64,000 nucleotides of DNA from assembly GCF_009914755.1 (NCBI RefSeq), contig NC_060940.1. The stretch is one strand, 5' to 3'. Each line of letters starts with the position of its first letter. The stretch's first letter is position 1. Under the pieces are notes generated by a model, which did not search any database, was not told the DNA's origin, and saw only the letters and a list, made by a program, of their open reading frames with translations. This DNA is from the human T2T-CHM13v2.0 reference genome, Homo sapiens. This document shows positions 26,081 to 39,364 of the stretch, in pieces. The position numbers and the translations under genes are program-made.

Positions 26081-26963
26081 ATGCAGAATTTTTATGAGGT
26101 TTTTCTTTTTTTTTTTGGTCTTTATTTCTTAGAGTGGTTTTAGGTTCACAGCAAAATTGAGAGGAAGGTACAGGATTTCCCATATACCCTCTGCCCCCAC
26201 AAATGCATAGTCTCCCCATTACCAACATTCCCCAACATAGTGGTATATTTCTTAAAATTTACGAATCTATATTGACACATCTTTATCACTCAAAGTCCAC
26301 AGTTTACCTAGAGTTTACTCTTGGTGTTGCACATTCTATTGGTTTGTACAAATGTTTTATAACCTATATCCACCACGATGCTAGCATACTGGTTATTTTC
26401 ATTGCGTTAAAAATCTTCTGTGCTTTGTCTATTCATCCCTTTCTCCAACCTCTAGCAACCAATGATCTTTTCAGTGATCTAGCAACCACTGTCTTATAGT
26501 TTTGCCTTTCAAAATGTCATATAGTTGGAGTCATACAGTATAAAAGCTTTCCACATTGCCTTCTTTCACTCAGTGATATGCATTTACGTTTCTTCTATGC
26601 TTTTTCACAGTTTGATAGCTCATTTCCTTTTTCATTTGTTCGTTTGGCCCACTTTTATAAAAACGGAAACCAACTTTTTTAGCATTGATTAATATTTATT
26701 GTCTGGATGTACTACAGCTTATTTATCCACTCACCTACAGAAAGACATCTTGGTTGCTTTCAAATTTTGGCAATTATGATGCTATAAACATTCATGTGCA
26801 GGCTTTGATGTGAGCATAAGTTTTCAACCGCTTTTGGTAAATACCAAGGGGTGCAATGGCTGGATTGTATTGTTAGAGTATGTTTAGTTTTATAAGAAAT
26901 CACCAAACTGTCTTCCAAAGTAGCTGCATCATTTTGAAATTCCACCAGCAATGAATAAAAGTT

Positions 26964-28755
26964 CTTTTTCTTTTTAACTTTTATTTTAAGTTCAGGGGTA
27001 GATGTGCAGGTCTGTTATATAGGTAAACTTGGATCACAGGGATTTGTTTACAGATTATTTCATCACCCGGGTATTATGCCTAGTATCCATTAATTGTTTT
27101 TCCTCATCCTCTCCCTCCTCCTACCCTCCGCCATCTGATAGGCCCAGTGTCTGTTGTTCCTTTTTATGTGTCCATGTGTTCTCATCACTTAGCTCCCATT
27201 TATTAGTGAGAACATGCAGTATTTGGTTTTCTGTTCCTGCATTAGTTTGCTAAGGATAACGGCTTCCAGCTTCATCTGTGTTCCTGTAAAAGACATTATC
27301 TTGTTCTTTTCTACGGTGCAGAGTATTCCATGGTATACATGTACCACATTTTCCTTATCTAGTCTAATATTGATGGTCATTTAGGTTGATTTCATGTCTT
27401 TGCTATTGTGAACAGTGCTGCAATGAACATACACATATATAAGTCTTTATCATAGAACGATTTATATTACTTTAGGTATATACCCAGGAACAGAATTTCT
27501 GAGTTTAATGATATTTCTGTCTTTAGGTCTTTGAGGAATTGCACACTATCTTCCAAAATGGTTGAACTAATTTACACTCCCACCAACAGTGTATAAGCTT
27601 TCCTTTTTCTCCAGAACCTTGCTAGCATCTGTTTTGTTTTTTGTTTGTTTTTTGGGGGTTTTGTTTGTTTGTTTGTTTTGTTTTTTTTTATGAGACGGAG
27701 TCTCGCTCTGTCACCCAGGCTGGAGTGCAGTGGTGTAATCTTGGCTCACTGCAACATCTGCCTACCAGGTTCAAGCGATTCTCATTAGTTCAAGCCTCAT
27801 TAGTAGCTAGGACCATAGGCACACGCCACCACTCCTGGCTAATTTTTGTATTTTTAGTAGAGATGGGGTTTCACCATATTGGCCAGGATAGTTTCCATCT
27901 CCTGACCTCATAATCCACCCGCCTCAGCCTCCCAAAGTGTTGGGATTACAGGCGTGAGCCACCGTGCCCAGCCGCATCTGTTATTTTTTGACTTATTAAT
28001 ACCATTCTGACCGGTGTAAGATGGTATCTCATTGTGGTTTTGATTTGCATTTCTGTAATGATCAGTGATGTTGAGCTTTTTTTTCATATACTTCTTGGCC
28101 ACATGTATGTCTCCTTTTGAGAAATGTCTGTTCATGTCTTTTGCCCCCTTTTTAATGGAGTTGTTTGGTTTTTTCTTGTAAATTTAAGTTTCTTATAGGT
28201 GCTAGATAGTAGACCTTTGTCAGATGCATAGTTTGCAAAAATTTTCTCTCATTCTGTAGGTTACCTGTTCACTCTGTTGATAGTTTATTTTGATGTGCAG
28301 AAGCTCTTTACTTTAATTAGATCCTATTTGTCCATTTTTGCTTCATTGCAATTCCTTTTGGCATCCTTGTCATAAAATCTTTGCCTGTTCCTATGTCCTG
28401 AATGGTGTTGTCTAGATTGTCTTCCAGGGTTTTTATAGTTTTGGGTTTTACATTTAAGTCTTTAATCTGTCTTTCGTTGATTTTTGTGTAGGGTGTGAAG
28501 AGAGGAGTCCAGTTTCAATCTTCTGCATATGGCTAGCCATTTATCCCAGCCCCTTTCATTGAATAGGGAGTCCTTTCCCCATTGCTTGTTTTTGTCAGCT
28601 TTGTCAAAGATCAGATGGTTGTAGGTATGCAGCCTTATTTCTGGGCCCGCTATTGTGCTGCCTTGGTCTAGGTGTGTGTTTTTGTACCAATACTATGCTG
28701 TTTTGCTTATGTAGCCCTGTGGTATAGTTTGAAGTTATGTAGCATGATGCCTCCA
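26964..28755 (-). mobile_element. L1PA13-16-like 3' fragment
   Basis: aacttttattttaagttcaggggtagatgtgcagg...acagattatttcatcaccc...gagtccagtttcaatcttctgcatatggctagcc. Confidence 0.85.
27632..27973 (-). mobile_element. AluS inside the L1PA
   Basis: Antisense Alu with long (GTTT)n tail; TSD gcatctgtt. Confidence 0.95.
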
Positions 28756-30811
28756 CATGTCAGCATTTGGTGTTGTCTGTGATCTGGATTTTGGCCATTC
28801 TAATAGATATGTAGTGGTATCTCACTGTTGTTTTAATTTTCATTCCCTGATAACATATGATGTGAAACATTTTTTATAAGCTTATTTGCCATCTATATAT
28901 CTTCTCTGAAGGGGTGTTTCCTAAGACATGTGGCCCATTTTTAAATTGGATTGTTTGTTTTCTTACTGTTGAGGTTGAGAGGTTTTTACATATCTTATAA
29001 CAGTTTTTTATCTGATACATATTTTGCAAATATTTAATCTCAGTCTGGCTTGTCTATTTATTCTCTTGATCATGATTTTTGCATAGGTAAAATTTTAGAT
29101 TTTATTGGTCCAGCTTGTCAATTCCTTCTTTCATGGATCATGCCTTTGGTATGACGTCTAAAAAGTCATTGCCAAAACCCAGGTCATCTCTTGTTATCTT
29201 CCAGGAATTTTATAGTTTTGTACTTTACATTTAGGTCTGTGATCAGTTTTGAGGGGTTTTTTTGTGTGTGAAAGATGTAAGGTCTGTGTCTAGATTCATT
29301 TCTTTGCATGTGACGTCCAGTTGTTCCAGAACCACTTGTTGAAAAGACTATTTTCTCCATTGCATTGCCTTTGCTCATATGTATTGCAATGCCTTTCCTA
29401 CATTGTATTACCTTTGCTCAACGATCAATTTACCAAATGTATGTGGGTCTGTTTCTGGGCTGTCTATTCTGTCCCATTGATCTATTTGTCTGTTCTTTCA
29501 CCACATTGCTTAATCACTGTAGCTTTATAGTAAGTCTTTAAGTTGGGTAACGTCAGTCATCTGATGTTTTTCTTCTCTTTAATGTTGTGTTGACTATTCT
29601 GGGTCTTTGCCTTTCCATATAAAAACTCACATTACAATCAGTTTCTTCCTAACTACAAAATAACTTGCTGAGATTTTGATTGGAATTGCATTGAATTCAT
29701 AGATCCAGTTGGGAAGAACTGCTATCTTAAAAATGCTGTCTTCCTATGTATGAACACTAAATATTCTGCCATATTTCCATTGTATACTTTTATGGTTTTG
29801 TATTTCGCATTTAAATGTTTGACACTTTTGAAATGTTTCCAAATGGCTATGCAGTTATTCCAACATCATTTACTGAACTGTCCTATAATTTGGGTTATCT
29901 TCTTTATCATATTCCGAATTACCATAGTAGTTGGACCTATTTCTGGATTTTCTATTTTGTTTCATGGGCAGCGCTATTCATTCACCACAACTACCTTGCT
30001 TTAGTTATTGAGGCTTTATAGTATGTTTTTATACCTGGTTAGGCTAGCCATTTCTTTTATTTGCAAGTATCCTTCTTACCATTCTAGTTTATTTTTTCAA
30101 GTGAACTTTGGATAAGCTTATCTAATTAAAAACAAAACCCTGTGTATACTATTATAATTATATTAATTGTAAAAACAAGTTAGTAAGAACTGACATTTTA
30201 TTATTATGAGTTTGTCTCTCCAAGTGCATAGTTATTCCATTTTTTGAAGTCCTCTTTTGCATCTTATGGGACTTAAATTTTTTGTTCCTATATGTAGTGC
30301 ACATTTTTTATTAAGTTTATTCCTAGGTGTTAGGTCTTTATATATGCATGGCCACTGTAATAGGGTGACCTCCCATTATATTTTCTAACCGGCTGCTATT
30401 TGCATACATAAAAGTATTGATTTCTATAGTTTTAAATCCTGCCACCTTACTAAATTATCTTATTGTTTGTAATTTTTTTTAGTTAATTCTCTTGAGTTTT
30501 CCAGATACACAGTCATAAGATCTGCAAATAGTAGTAGTTTTACTCCCTGCTGTTCGATTTTTTTACTGTCAATTTCTTTTTCTCATCTGTTTAAATTGGA
30601 TAATTCCTCCAGTACAATTTTCAACAACAGTGAGCATTTTTGCCTTGCCCTTGTTTCTAATTAGAATGTTACAAATTCCTGAGTAATGACGATTTTGGCT
30701 TTTAGGCTGAGAGAGATATATTTTATCATGTTAAGAAAGTAACCATCTATATCCATTTTATTAAGTGTCTTTTTTTAAATCAAAGCTAGAACTATCTGCT
30801 CTTTGAAAGCT

Positions 30812-31230
30812 TTATGGAGTTTTTCCTTGTTCCCTTCAAAACTCATGTTAAAATTCATGACCCAGTGTAACACTACTAAGTGATGGGGTCTTTAAGAGGC
30901 CAGTGGGTCATGAGGGCTCTGCCCTCAGAAATAGATTAATCTACTCATGGATTAATGGGTTAATGAATTAATGGATTATTTCTGGAACGCATTAGTCATA
31001 ATGAGGGTGGGTCTGTTACAAAAGCCAGTTTGGCTTTTGTGTCCCTCTCATCCTGCAATGCCTTCTGCCCTGTTATGACACAGCATGAGGCCCTCATCAG
31101 AAGCTGATCAGGAGTAGCCTCCCAGTCTTGGACTTCCCAGACTCCAGAACAGTAAGAAATAAACCTGTTTTCTTACTCAATTGCCCGGCCTCAGGTATTC
31201 AGTTATAGCAACAAAAAATAAAGTATGACA
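30812..31230 (+). mobile_element. MSTC/MSTD-like MaLR solo LTR
   Basis: aaaactcatgttaaaattc...gggtcatgagggctctgccctc...ggattaatgggttaatgaattaatgg...ggtattcagttatagcaaca. Confidence 0.8.
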
Positions 31231-31431
31231 TCATCAATACCTGGTGCTTTTTTGGAAAGTAGCTCTTTGATTATTTTTTTCAATTTTGTTTATTTAGGTA
31301 ATTTACCTCTTCTAAAGTTAGTATTGATAGATTATATTTTTCTAGAAAAATATCTATGTCATCTAGATTTTTACATTTATCTGCTTAAAGTAGAACCAAG
31401 TGGTTTATTTTAATTTTTTAAAAATTTTCTC

Positions 31432-33173
31432 CCCCTCCCCCTCCCCCTCCCCCTCCTCCTCTCCCTCTTGCTCTCTGTCTCCCTCTTTCTAAGGTCTCCC
31501 TCTCTTGCAGAGCCTGGACTGTACTGCCATGATCTCTGCTCGCTGCAACCTTCCTGCCTCGGACTCTGGTGATTCTCCTGCCTGTGCCTGGGATGCCAGG
31601 CATGCGCTGCCACTCCTGACTGGTTTTTGTATTTTTGGTGGAGACAGGGTTTCACCCTGTTGACCAGGCTGGTCTCCAGCTCCTGGCCTCAGGTGATCTG
31701 CCCGCCATGGCCTCCCGAGGTGCTGGGATTGCAGACGGAGTCTCGCTCACTCAATGCTCAATGTTGCCCAGGCTGGAGTGCAGTGGCGTGATCTCGGCTC
31801 GCTACAACCTCCACCTCCCAGCCGCCTGCCTTGGCCTCCCAAAGTGCTAAGATTACAGCCTCTGCCCGCCCGCCACCCCATCTAGGAAGTGAGGAACGTC
31901 TCTGCCTGGCCGCCCATCGTCTGGGATGTGAGGAGCCCCTCTGCCCGGCTGCCCCGAATGGGAAGTGAGGAGCGTCTCTGCCCGGCCGCCACCCCGGCCA
32001 GGAAGTGAGGAGCATCTCTGCCTGGCCGCCCATCATCATCTGGGATGTGAGGAGCCCCTCTGCCTGGCCGCCCCATCTGGGAAGTGAGGAGCACCTCTGC
32101 CCGGCTGCCCCGAATGGGAAGTGAGGAGCACCTCTGCCTGGCCGCCCCCATCTGGGAAGTGAGTAGCGCCTCTGCCCAGCCGCCACCCCATCTAGGAAGT
32201 GAGGAGGGTCTCTGCCTGGCCGCCTATCATCTGGGATGTGAGGAGCCCCTCTGCCTGGCCGCCCCGTCTGGGAAGTGAGGAACGCCTCTGCCCGGCTGCC
32301 CCGTCTGGGGTGTGAGGAGCGCCTCTGCCCGGCCGCCCCGTTTGGGAAGCGAGGAGCGCCTCTGCTCGGCCGCCCCGTCTGGGAGGAAGTGAGGAGCGCC
32401 TCTACCCCGTTGCCCCAAATGGGAAGAGAGGAACGCCTCTGCCCGGCCGCCCCATCTGGGAAGTGAGGAGCGCCTCTGCCCGGAAGCCCCGTCTGGGAGG
32501 AGAGGAGCGCCTCTGCCCGGCCGCGCCATCTGGGAGGTGAGGGGCGTCTCTGCCCCGCCACCACCCCATCTGGGAAGTGAGGAGCGCCTCAGCCCAGCTG
32601 CCACCCCATCTGAGAGGTGAGGGGCGTCTCTGCCCTGCCGCCCTGCATGGGAAGAGAGGGGCGCCTCTGCCTGGCCACCCTTCATCTGGGAGGCGGGGAG
32701 CGCCTCTACCTGGCCACCCTTCGTCTGGGATGTGAGGAGCGCCTCTGTCTGGCTGCCACCCCGTCTGGGAGGTGAGGAGCGCCTCTGCCCGGCCGCCCCA
32801 TCTGGGAAATGAGTAGCGCCTCTGCCAGGCCGCCCTGTCTTGGAAGTGCACCCAACAGCTCCGAAGAGACAGCGACCATCAAGAACGGGCCATGATGACA
32901 ATGGCAGTTTTGTCGAAAAGAAAAGGGGGAAATGTGGGGAAAAGAAAGAGAGATCAGATTGTTACTGTGTCTGTGTAGAAAGAAGTAGACATAGGAGACT
33001 CCATTTTGTTCTGTACTAAGAAAAATTCTTCTGCCTTGGGATGCTGTTAATCTATAACCTCACCCCCAACCCCGTGCTCTCTGAAACGTGCTGTGTCAAC
33101 TCAGGGTTAAATGGATTAAGGGCGGTGCAAGATGTGCTTTGTTAAACAGATGCTTGAAGACAAAAAAAAAAAA
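31432..33173 (+). mobile_element. SVA retrotransposon (old SVA_A-like), 3'-truncated SINE-R
   Basis: C-rich hexamer head; Alu-like domain to ~31858; VNTR ~31859-32849 (gcctctgcccggccgccccatctgggaagtgaggagc units); SINE-R cccaacagctccgaagagacagcgacc...; poly(A) from 33162; TSD aaaaattttctc / aaaaatttctc. Confidence 0.95.
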
Positions 33174-33495
33174 TTTCTCTATTTCTTTGTTATTTCGCCC
33201 TTTCAAGTTCTCATTTGTGTTTACATTTTGACCATTATTTCTTAATTATGTTATCTAATGATTTATGTATTTCATTGGTTCAAAGAACTAGAGCTGGAAT
33301 TTATTTATTAGTACTTTTAATCTGTTTTCTAATTTGTTAATTCCCACTTTTATCACTACTGATACTTTCCTTCTAGAGTCCTTCTATATATTTTGGTATG
33401 CTGTTTCTAACTTTTTGAGCATAATGCTTGATTCATTTTATTCTTTCTTTTGCTATTTAAGGCTATGATTTTTTTCTCTGTACACTGCTTTATCT

Positions 33496-33952
33496 GTGTA
33501 GTGGTTTTCTCATGCTGCCATAACAAAGTACCACAAACTGGGTATCTTAAACCCAGTTCAAGACTCGCAGTTTTCTGAAAGCTGGAAGTACAGTGTCAAG
33601 GCATCATTAGGGTTGGTTCCCTCTGAGGGCTGTGAAGGAGAATCTGCCCCATGCCTCTTCCCCAGCTTCTGGTGGTTTGCTGGCAATCTTTGGCAGTCCT
33701 TGGCTTGTAGAAGCATCACCCTGATCTTGCCTTCTCTTCACATAGTGTTCTCCCTATATGTGTGTATCTGTGTCCAAATTTCCCCTTTTTTATGAGGATA
33801 CCAGTCATATTTGGTGAGGACACCCCTTCTAATGACTTCATTTTAACTCGATTACCTCTGTAAAGACCTTATCTCCAAATAAGATTACAGTTTGAGATAA
33901 TGAGGGTTAGGACTTCAACATATGATTTGGGTACACAACTCAACCCATATTA
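33496..33952 (-). mobile_element. MLT1C-like solo LTR
   Basis: gctgccataacaaagtaccacaaactggg...ggagaatctgccccatgcctc...cttctggtggtttgctggcaatctttgg. Confidence 0.85.
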
Positions 33953-34807
33953 TCCCACAAATTCTGATAAAGAGTACTTGCATTACTGTTTTTTCCTAAA
34001 ACAATCTTCCATTTTTATTTGTATTTCCTCTCTGAGCATTAAGAGATCCTTTATAATTTCCAGATGGAAGGAGTTTTTGCTTTCTCTTTTGTTATCAGTG
34101 TTTAGTTTTAATGAATTATAGTTACACAATGTTATCCATACTATGTCTATTTTTTGGAATTTATTAAATATTTCTTTATGAGTTAATATATGATCACTTT
34201 CTATGAATGTTTTCACAGCTTTTGAAAAAACAAAAAACTTATTCTGTGTTCTTCAGTTACATGGATTAATCATGTCTGTCTCATTAATTACTTAGGCATT
34301 CTATATCCCTGTTTATTATTGTCCTCTTGGCATAAAATAGACAGAGAAAAGTGAATTAAATTCCCTTTCTATTCGTATTTCTGCTTATTTCTTCTGTCTA
34401 ATTTCTGCTTTATGAAGGTGGATGCTATATTATTTGGCATATAGTTATTTATAAATATTATCTTAAACTGATTTATATCCTTTATGTAAAAAGGTACCCT
34501 TCCTTCCCTATTTAATGATATTTGTCTTGAATTCTATGTTGTGTGATATTAAGATATCCGTCACTGCTTTCTTTGCATTTGTATTTCTCTGGTGTGTATT
34601 TAACTCTTAAACTTTGTGAATATCTTTGTTTACATGTATTTCTTACATATAACAAAGTTGGATTTGCTTTGTGATCCATTCTGAAAATTATCTTAATGAA
34701 TATTTACTTTTATTAACATATAAAATATATTTGGTCTTTGTCCTATCATATTATTTGTACTGTGTTCCTGTTTAATAATTTCATTTTTTAAATATTTTTA
34801 TTATGTA

Positions 34808-35182
34808 GTTATTATGGACTGAATGCTTGTACTCCTCTCCCACTCCCCACCAAAAGTTACATGTTGAAATCCATACCCCAGTGTGATGGTATTAGGAGGT
34901 GGGGACTTTGGAAGATAATTAGGTCATGAGAGAGGAGGCATCATGAATGAAATTAGTGTTCTTCTAAAGGAGACCGCAGAAAGTTATCTTGCTCTTTCCA
35001 CCATGTGAGGATACAATGAGAAGTCTGCAGTCTGCAACCCTGAAGACAGTCCTCAGCAGAGGCTGACCATGCTGTCACTCTGATCTCAGACTTCCGGCTT
35101 TCAGATCTGTAAGATATAAATTACTGCTGTTTATAAACCACTCAGTCTGTGGTATTCTGTTATAGCAACCTGAACTAAGACA
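34808..35182 (+). mobile_element. MLT1A0-like solo LTR
   Basis: ttatggactgaatgcttgt...gtgatggtattaggaggtggggactttgg...gttatagcaacctgaactaagaca. Confidence 0.85.
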
Positions 35183-37004
35183 CTATAGCTTTTACATGTA
35201 ATTATTCCAATATTAAGAAAGCCTGTATTTGTGTTCTAACAGTTGCCTTTATAAGTGTAGTATTTTTTAATTTTCTTAGCTATTTCCTTAGTTAGCTCTT
35301 TATTATAAGCAATAGTGAAATAATTATATTTTCTCTTTCTTTCCCTGTCATGTTTCTTCGTTCTCCCACATAGCTCAGAGATGAGGACACCTCTGATAAT
35401 CAATAAACATTGATTAGCTGTTACTACTTTCTAAAAACAAAACACAACAAAATGCACACACAGTGTCAAGAAAAGAAGTTTCATTCTCTTTCCTCTTCTG
35501 CATGGATATCCCACACTGGTTTGTCTAGAATCGTCTCCCACTCCTGTTTGAAAACATTCTCTCTGACCTAAAGACAGGAAATTTAATGCCTTGGAGATAA
35601 AGAAGGGTTGAGTCAATGCAAGAATACATGACACGTTCATATTTCCCTGTTACATCCTGATTTGTTTATTGCTCAGGCTCTGAATATGGCCTAAAACCAG
35701 AGATTAGTGGGAGAAATCTGAACTGAATCTCTACAGGGCCAGCATTCATCAAATGCTGACATTCCAAGGTGCTGGGTCCACAGGAATGGCAACACAAGTC
35801 AGGAAATAGAAGCAAGTTTTAGGGACATACCTGATTATCAGAATGAGTCACATGGCCTATGGCATCTGCCTACCCTGCTTATAGCATGGCCATAGGTCTC
35901 AGGGAACAAGGTTGCTTTATGCCTGATGAACCAAGGTATTTCAGTTTGGATAACAAATTATAGAATCATCCCACCTATAGCCCACACACATTAAATGTGA
36001 CAATTATGTCATATCTAATTAGGCCAGTGATAAGGTAGCCTTGGCCATCATCATCATTGTAAATGGAAAGCCCACACCTTGATGTTGCCATTGATTGGCT
36101 GCCTTTCTGGCTAAGGCTCAATTTCCTCCTCGGTAAAATAAAGACAAAAAGGGGATGAGTTCATTGGTCTCAAAAGTTTATTTCATCGGTATATCAGAAT
36201 TGGATTTTTACATAGTTCAACCATTTTTCATTATGATCACATTATGTAGGTCATGGTTATTTTAAGGCTCAGAACAAAAATGCCCAGAAAAGTGCTTTCT
36301 AAGTCATGTGACAGTGGGTGAATGACAAGCACTGTTACTATGGAAGATTTCCTGGCGCTTACTTTCTTTAGGAAAGAAAAAAAAAATTAAACAGTTCTCT
36401 TGATTTTTACAAGAGTTGGGTTCATGGAAAGAAATCTTCCACCATCCCAGGGATGTGCACAAGGTCTATGGGATCCATGAGGACAACAGTACCTGCTTTA
36501 TAGGAATCAGGATCTGAGCAGGGTGTCTTGTGTGCTCACAGAAATTCCAAGCACACAGTAGTTTCAGGTGACAGCCAATTCGTGGGAGACTCTGGGGACC
36601 TTAATTAAAAGGTCAGTAAATTTTTTTGAAAGTAAAATTATTCAACTCAGGATTTTTACCGTGTGCATTAGAAGTATTCATGATCTGTTCTCCCTGGGTG
36701 GAGCTCAAACTGACTGAAGCACACACTCCTGCCTCTAAGGAATGAGTAACAAAAGACATTCATTAGGCAAAGGTAACTACACCTAATAAATATCCCAGAT
36801 TACCCTTCCCTTGTCCAACTCCACCTCTTGTATAGAATCTGTCTGTAAAGGAAAAATGTCTAGAGATAAGACTCAGAGCTTTGGATCCACCTGCTATTTT
36901 GGGAAAATTTTCTAAGTATCTTAGTTATACTACATCCTTTCTCTTTCTCTACCTAGAATGACGTATTCATTTCCCTAATCCATAAATTCCACCCCTTTTA
37001 GATG

Positions 37005-37310
37005 AGAAGTCAGCACACTTTTTCTTAAAGGGCCAGGTAGCGCTTTGTAGACCATATGATCTCTGTTGCAACTACTCAGTTCTATGATTGTAGTGCAAGA
37101 GTTGCTGTAGACAACAAGTAAACAAATCGGTGAGGCTTTATTCCATCATAATTGTATTTATGGACACTGAAACTTGAATTTCATATCATTTTACTGGTCA
37201 TAAAATATTCTTCTTTGGATTTTCTTTCAACCACTTGAATATGTGAAAACCATTCTTAGCTCATGGGTCATGCAAAAATGGCGGCAGGCCAACATACTTT
37301 GCCAACCCCT
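37005..37310. mobile_element. MER58B-like DNA transposon
   Basis: ctttttcttaaagggccaggtag...ctctgttgcaactactc...aaaaccattcttagctcatggg...tttgccaacccct. Confidence 0.8.
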
Positions 37311-37525
37311 CCTCTATATCATGAGCAACTTGAGAGCAGGGCTGAATGATAATCATCTCACTATCTCCTAAGGCTGGGCTTCACTGCTTGACACCTAGAA
37401 GACATCCAAAACTGTGGAGGAAGAAGTGAGAGACAAAAGCCATGGAAAACACAGCAGGTGAATCCATCACACACAACAAGAAAGCCCTTTATGTTGTTCA
37501 GAGTGGGTACTAGAAGGGAGAACAT

Positions 37526-38336
37526 GTGGTAGCAGGGTTCTTCTTTTCTCCTGACATTTTTTACACCAAATGTGTGGGGAATTTTCCACACCAGTTCTCC
37601 AACTGTCTGACACCAACTCTCTGTATCCAACAATTCAATTCAATTCTGACACTATCTAGATGAAGTTAGCATCAAATCCTACATGTTAAATGGCTCAGTC
37701 CCACAAGAGTGGCCCCACTTCAGGTACCAATCGCAAGTCCCAGGCCCCCTATACTTCTGACAACCAAGTGTAAACTTGGAGTTCCCAAATTCGCTAATTC
37801 ATGTTGGATCATTTGCTAGAATGACTCACAAAACTCAGGAAAGGACTCTACTTACATTTACCAGTTCATGATAAAGGATACAAATGAACAGCCAGATGAA
37901 GAGGTACATAGGGTGAGGTCTGGAAGGGCTCCAAGTATGGGAGCTTTTGTCTTCATGAAGTTGGAGTGTGCCCCTCTCCCAGCATGTGGATGTGTTCACC
38001 AACTCAGAAGCTTCCCAACCCCATCATTTAATTTTTAAGGAGGCATCATTATGTAGGTACGATTGATTAAATCATTGGCCATTGGTGACTGATCCAATCT
38101 TCACCCCTTTTGCCCTCCCTGTTGGGTGGGTGGGGAGGAGGGGCGGGGGTTGGAAGCTCCAAGCTTCTAACCAAGGCTTGGTCTTTCTGGTGACAAGCCT
38201 TCTAGGGTCCCACTAAGAATCAGCTCATTAGAACAAAGATGATTCTATCACCCTTATTATTCAGGAAATTCCAAGGGTTTTAAGAGCCTTGTACCAGGAA
38301 CCAGGAGCAAAGACCAAATATCTTTCTAATTATATG
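37526..38336 (-). mobile_element. MER21-like LTR
   Basis: caattcaattcaattctgacactatct...ggctcagtcccacaag...caggaaattccaagggttttaagagc...aaagaccaaatat. Confidence 0.85.
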
Positions 38337-38347
38337 TTAAAAAGCTA

Positions 38348-39002
38348 ATAACATCACTTTGGAGTCAGAAAGACACCTGTGTTTGCATCCCAGCCCCACC
38401 ATTTCCTGGTTTGGCCCTGAGCAAATAACTGCACTTCAGAGTTCATTTTTCTGCAAGTAACAGAAAAAAAACAACTAAAGGTGGCTTGAACACTTATCAA
38501 GAAACATGGGCATAGGGGTTCCAAGGCTGGTTCAGTCACCCAGCACTGTCACTGAGATCACAGCTCACACACTCTTTCTTTCTCGTGCTCATTGGCTTTT
38601 CACCTCTGTGTTTGTCATCTGTGGTTGCCAATGGCTGCCAGAACTTTAAGCATCACATCCACCATGTTCAAGTCAGGAAGAAGGAACAGAGTAAGTATAC
38701 CAGCTGTCTGCTCTTATGCTAGTCCCTTTATCAGGAAACCAATGACTTACCTAGAACTCTCTAAACAGATGCCATTTATATTCTCATTGTCCAGACCTGG
38801 GTTCTATGGCCACCCTTGCTGCAAAGGAGGTCAGTCTTTATGGTGGTTAGCAAGGGAGAAGGGAGTTGGGAATTGTTTGGGAATGCGGCAAGGGGAGTGG
38901 GGCCTTAACGGTGTCCATCTCACAGATTGTTGTGAGGATAAGTGAAGCAATGTGTGTAAAGCATTGCACATAAGCACTCGGTCAATGGAAGCTACTATTA
39001 TC
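38348..39002 (+). mobile_element. MIR split by an old MLT1J/K-like LTR (~38452-38890, minus strand)
   Basis: ctttggagtcaga...; tgcaagtaacagaaa...; ctcacagattgttgtgaggataagtga...gctactattat. Confidence 0.6.
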
Positions 39003-39234
39003 AATATGGCTAGCTTAAATATTTTCAAAATCATAAAACATAGTCTCTACACTGCCAGTATAAAAACTGCAATTTCTCAAAGTTAGAAAGCCTCACATCC
39101 TCATTTCACAATGCCAATAATTACATACATTTAAGGTGAATGAAGACTGAAATAGAAGAGAGAGAGAGAGAGACTGTGTGTGTGTGAGAGAGATATTCAG
39201 TTATTGATGTATAGCATTCCATATGTACATAGAA

Positions 39235-39236
<2 letters not shown>

Positions 39237-39277
<41 letters not shown>
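39237..39277. repeat. (AC)n microsatellite
   Basis: Directly visible. Confidence 0.95.
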
Positions 39278-39278
<1 letters not shown>

Positions 39279-39364
39279 TAAGAGTAAATGAATAAAGCCA
39301 GGTGTTGATAGATAGGCTCTGCATTCTGAATGCTAAATTAGATAACTCAGGCAATTTCCTCAGG

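Larger units (their letters stand above)
26110..29750 (-). mobile_element. L1MC/L1MD-like element split by an L1PA insertion
   Basis: gttttaggttcacagcaaaattgagaggaaggtacag...; resumes at ~28752 ctccacatgtcagcatttggtgttgtc. Confidence 0.75.
29770..35350 (-). mobile_element. Highly decayed L1M ORF2-region fragments hosting MST, SVA and MLT1 insertions
   Basis: T-rich L1 motifs such as aagtttattcctaggtg, cttgagttttccagatacacagtcataagatctgcaaatag, gatgctatattatttggcatatag. Confidence 0.6.

Noticed and set aside
31859-32849. Regular ~40-bp repeat array resembling CRISPR or a CpG-island promoter
   Set aside because: Units are contiguous with no unique spacers and no cas genes; this is the SVA VNTR.
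31758-32901. Longest ORFs in the window (268, 224 and 149 aa, minus strand)
   Set aside because: They are antisense read-through of the GC-rich SVA VNTR, giving repetitive GRGAPHFPDGAAGQRRSS peptides, not genes.
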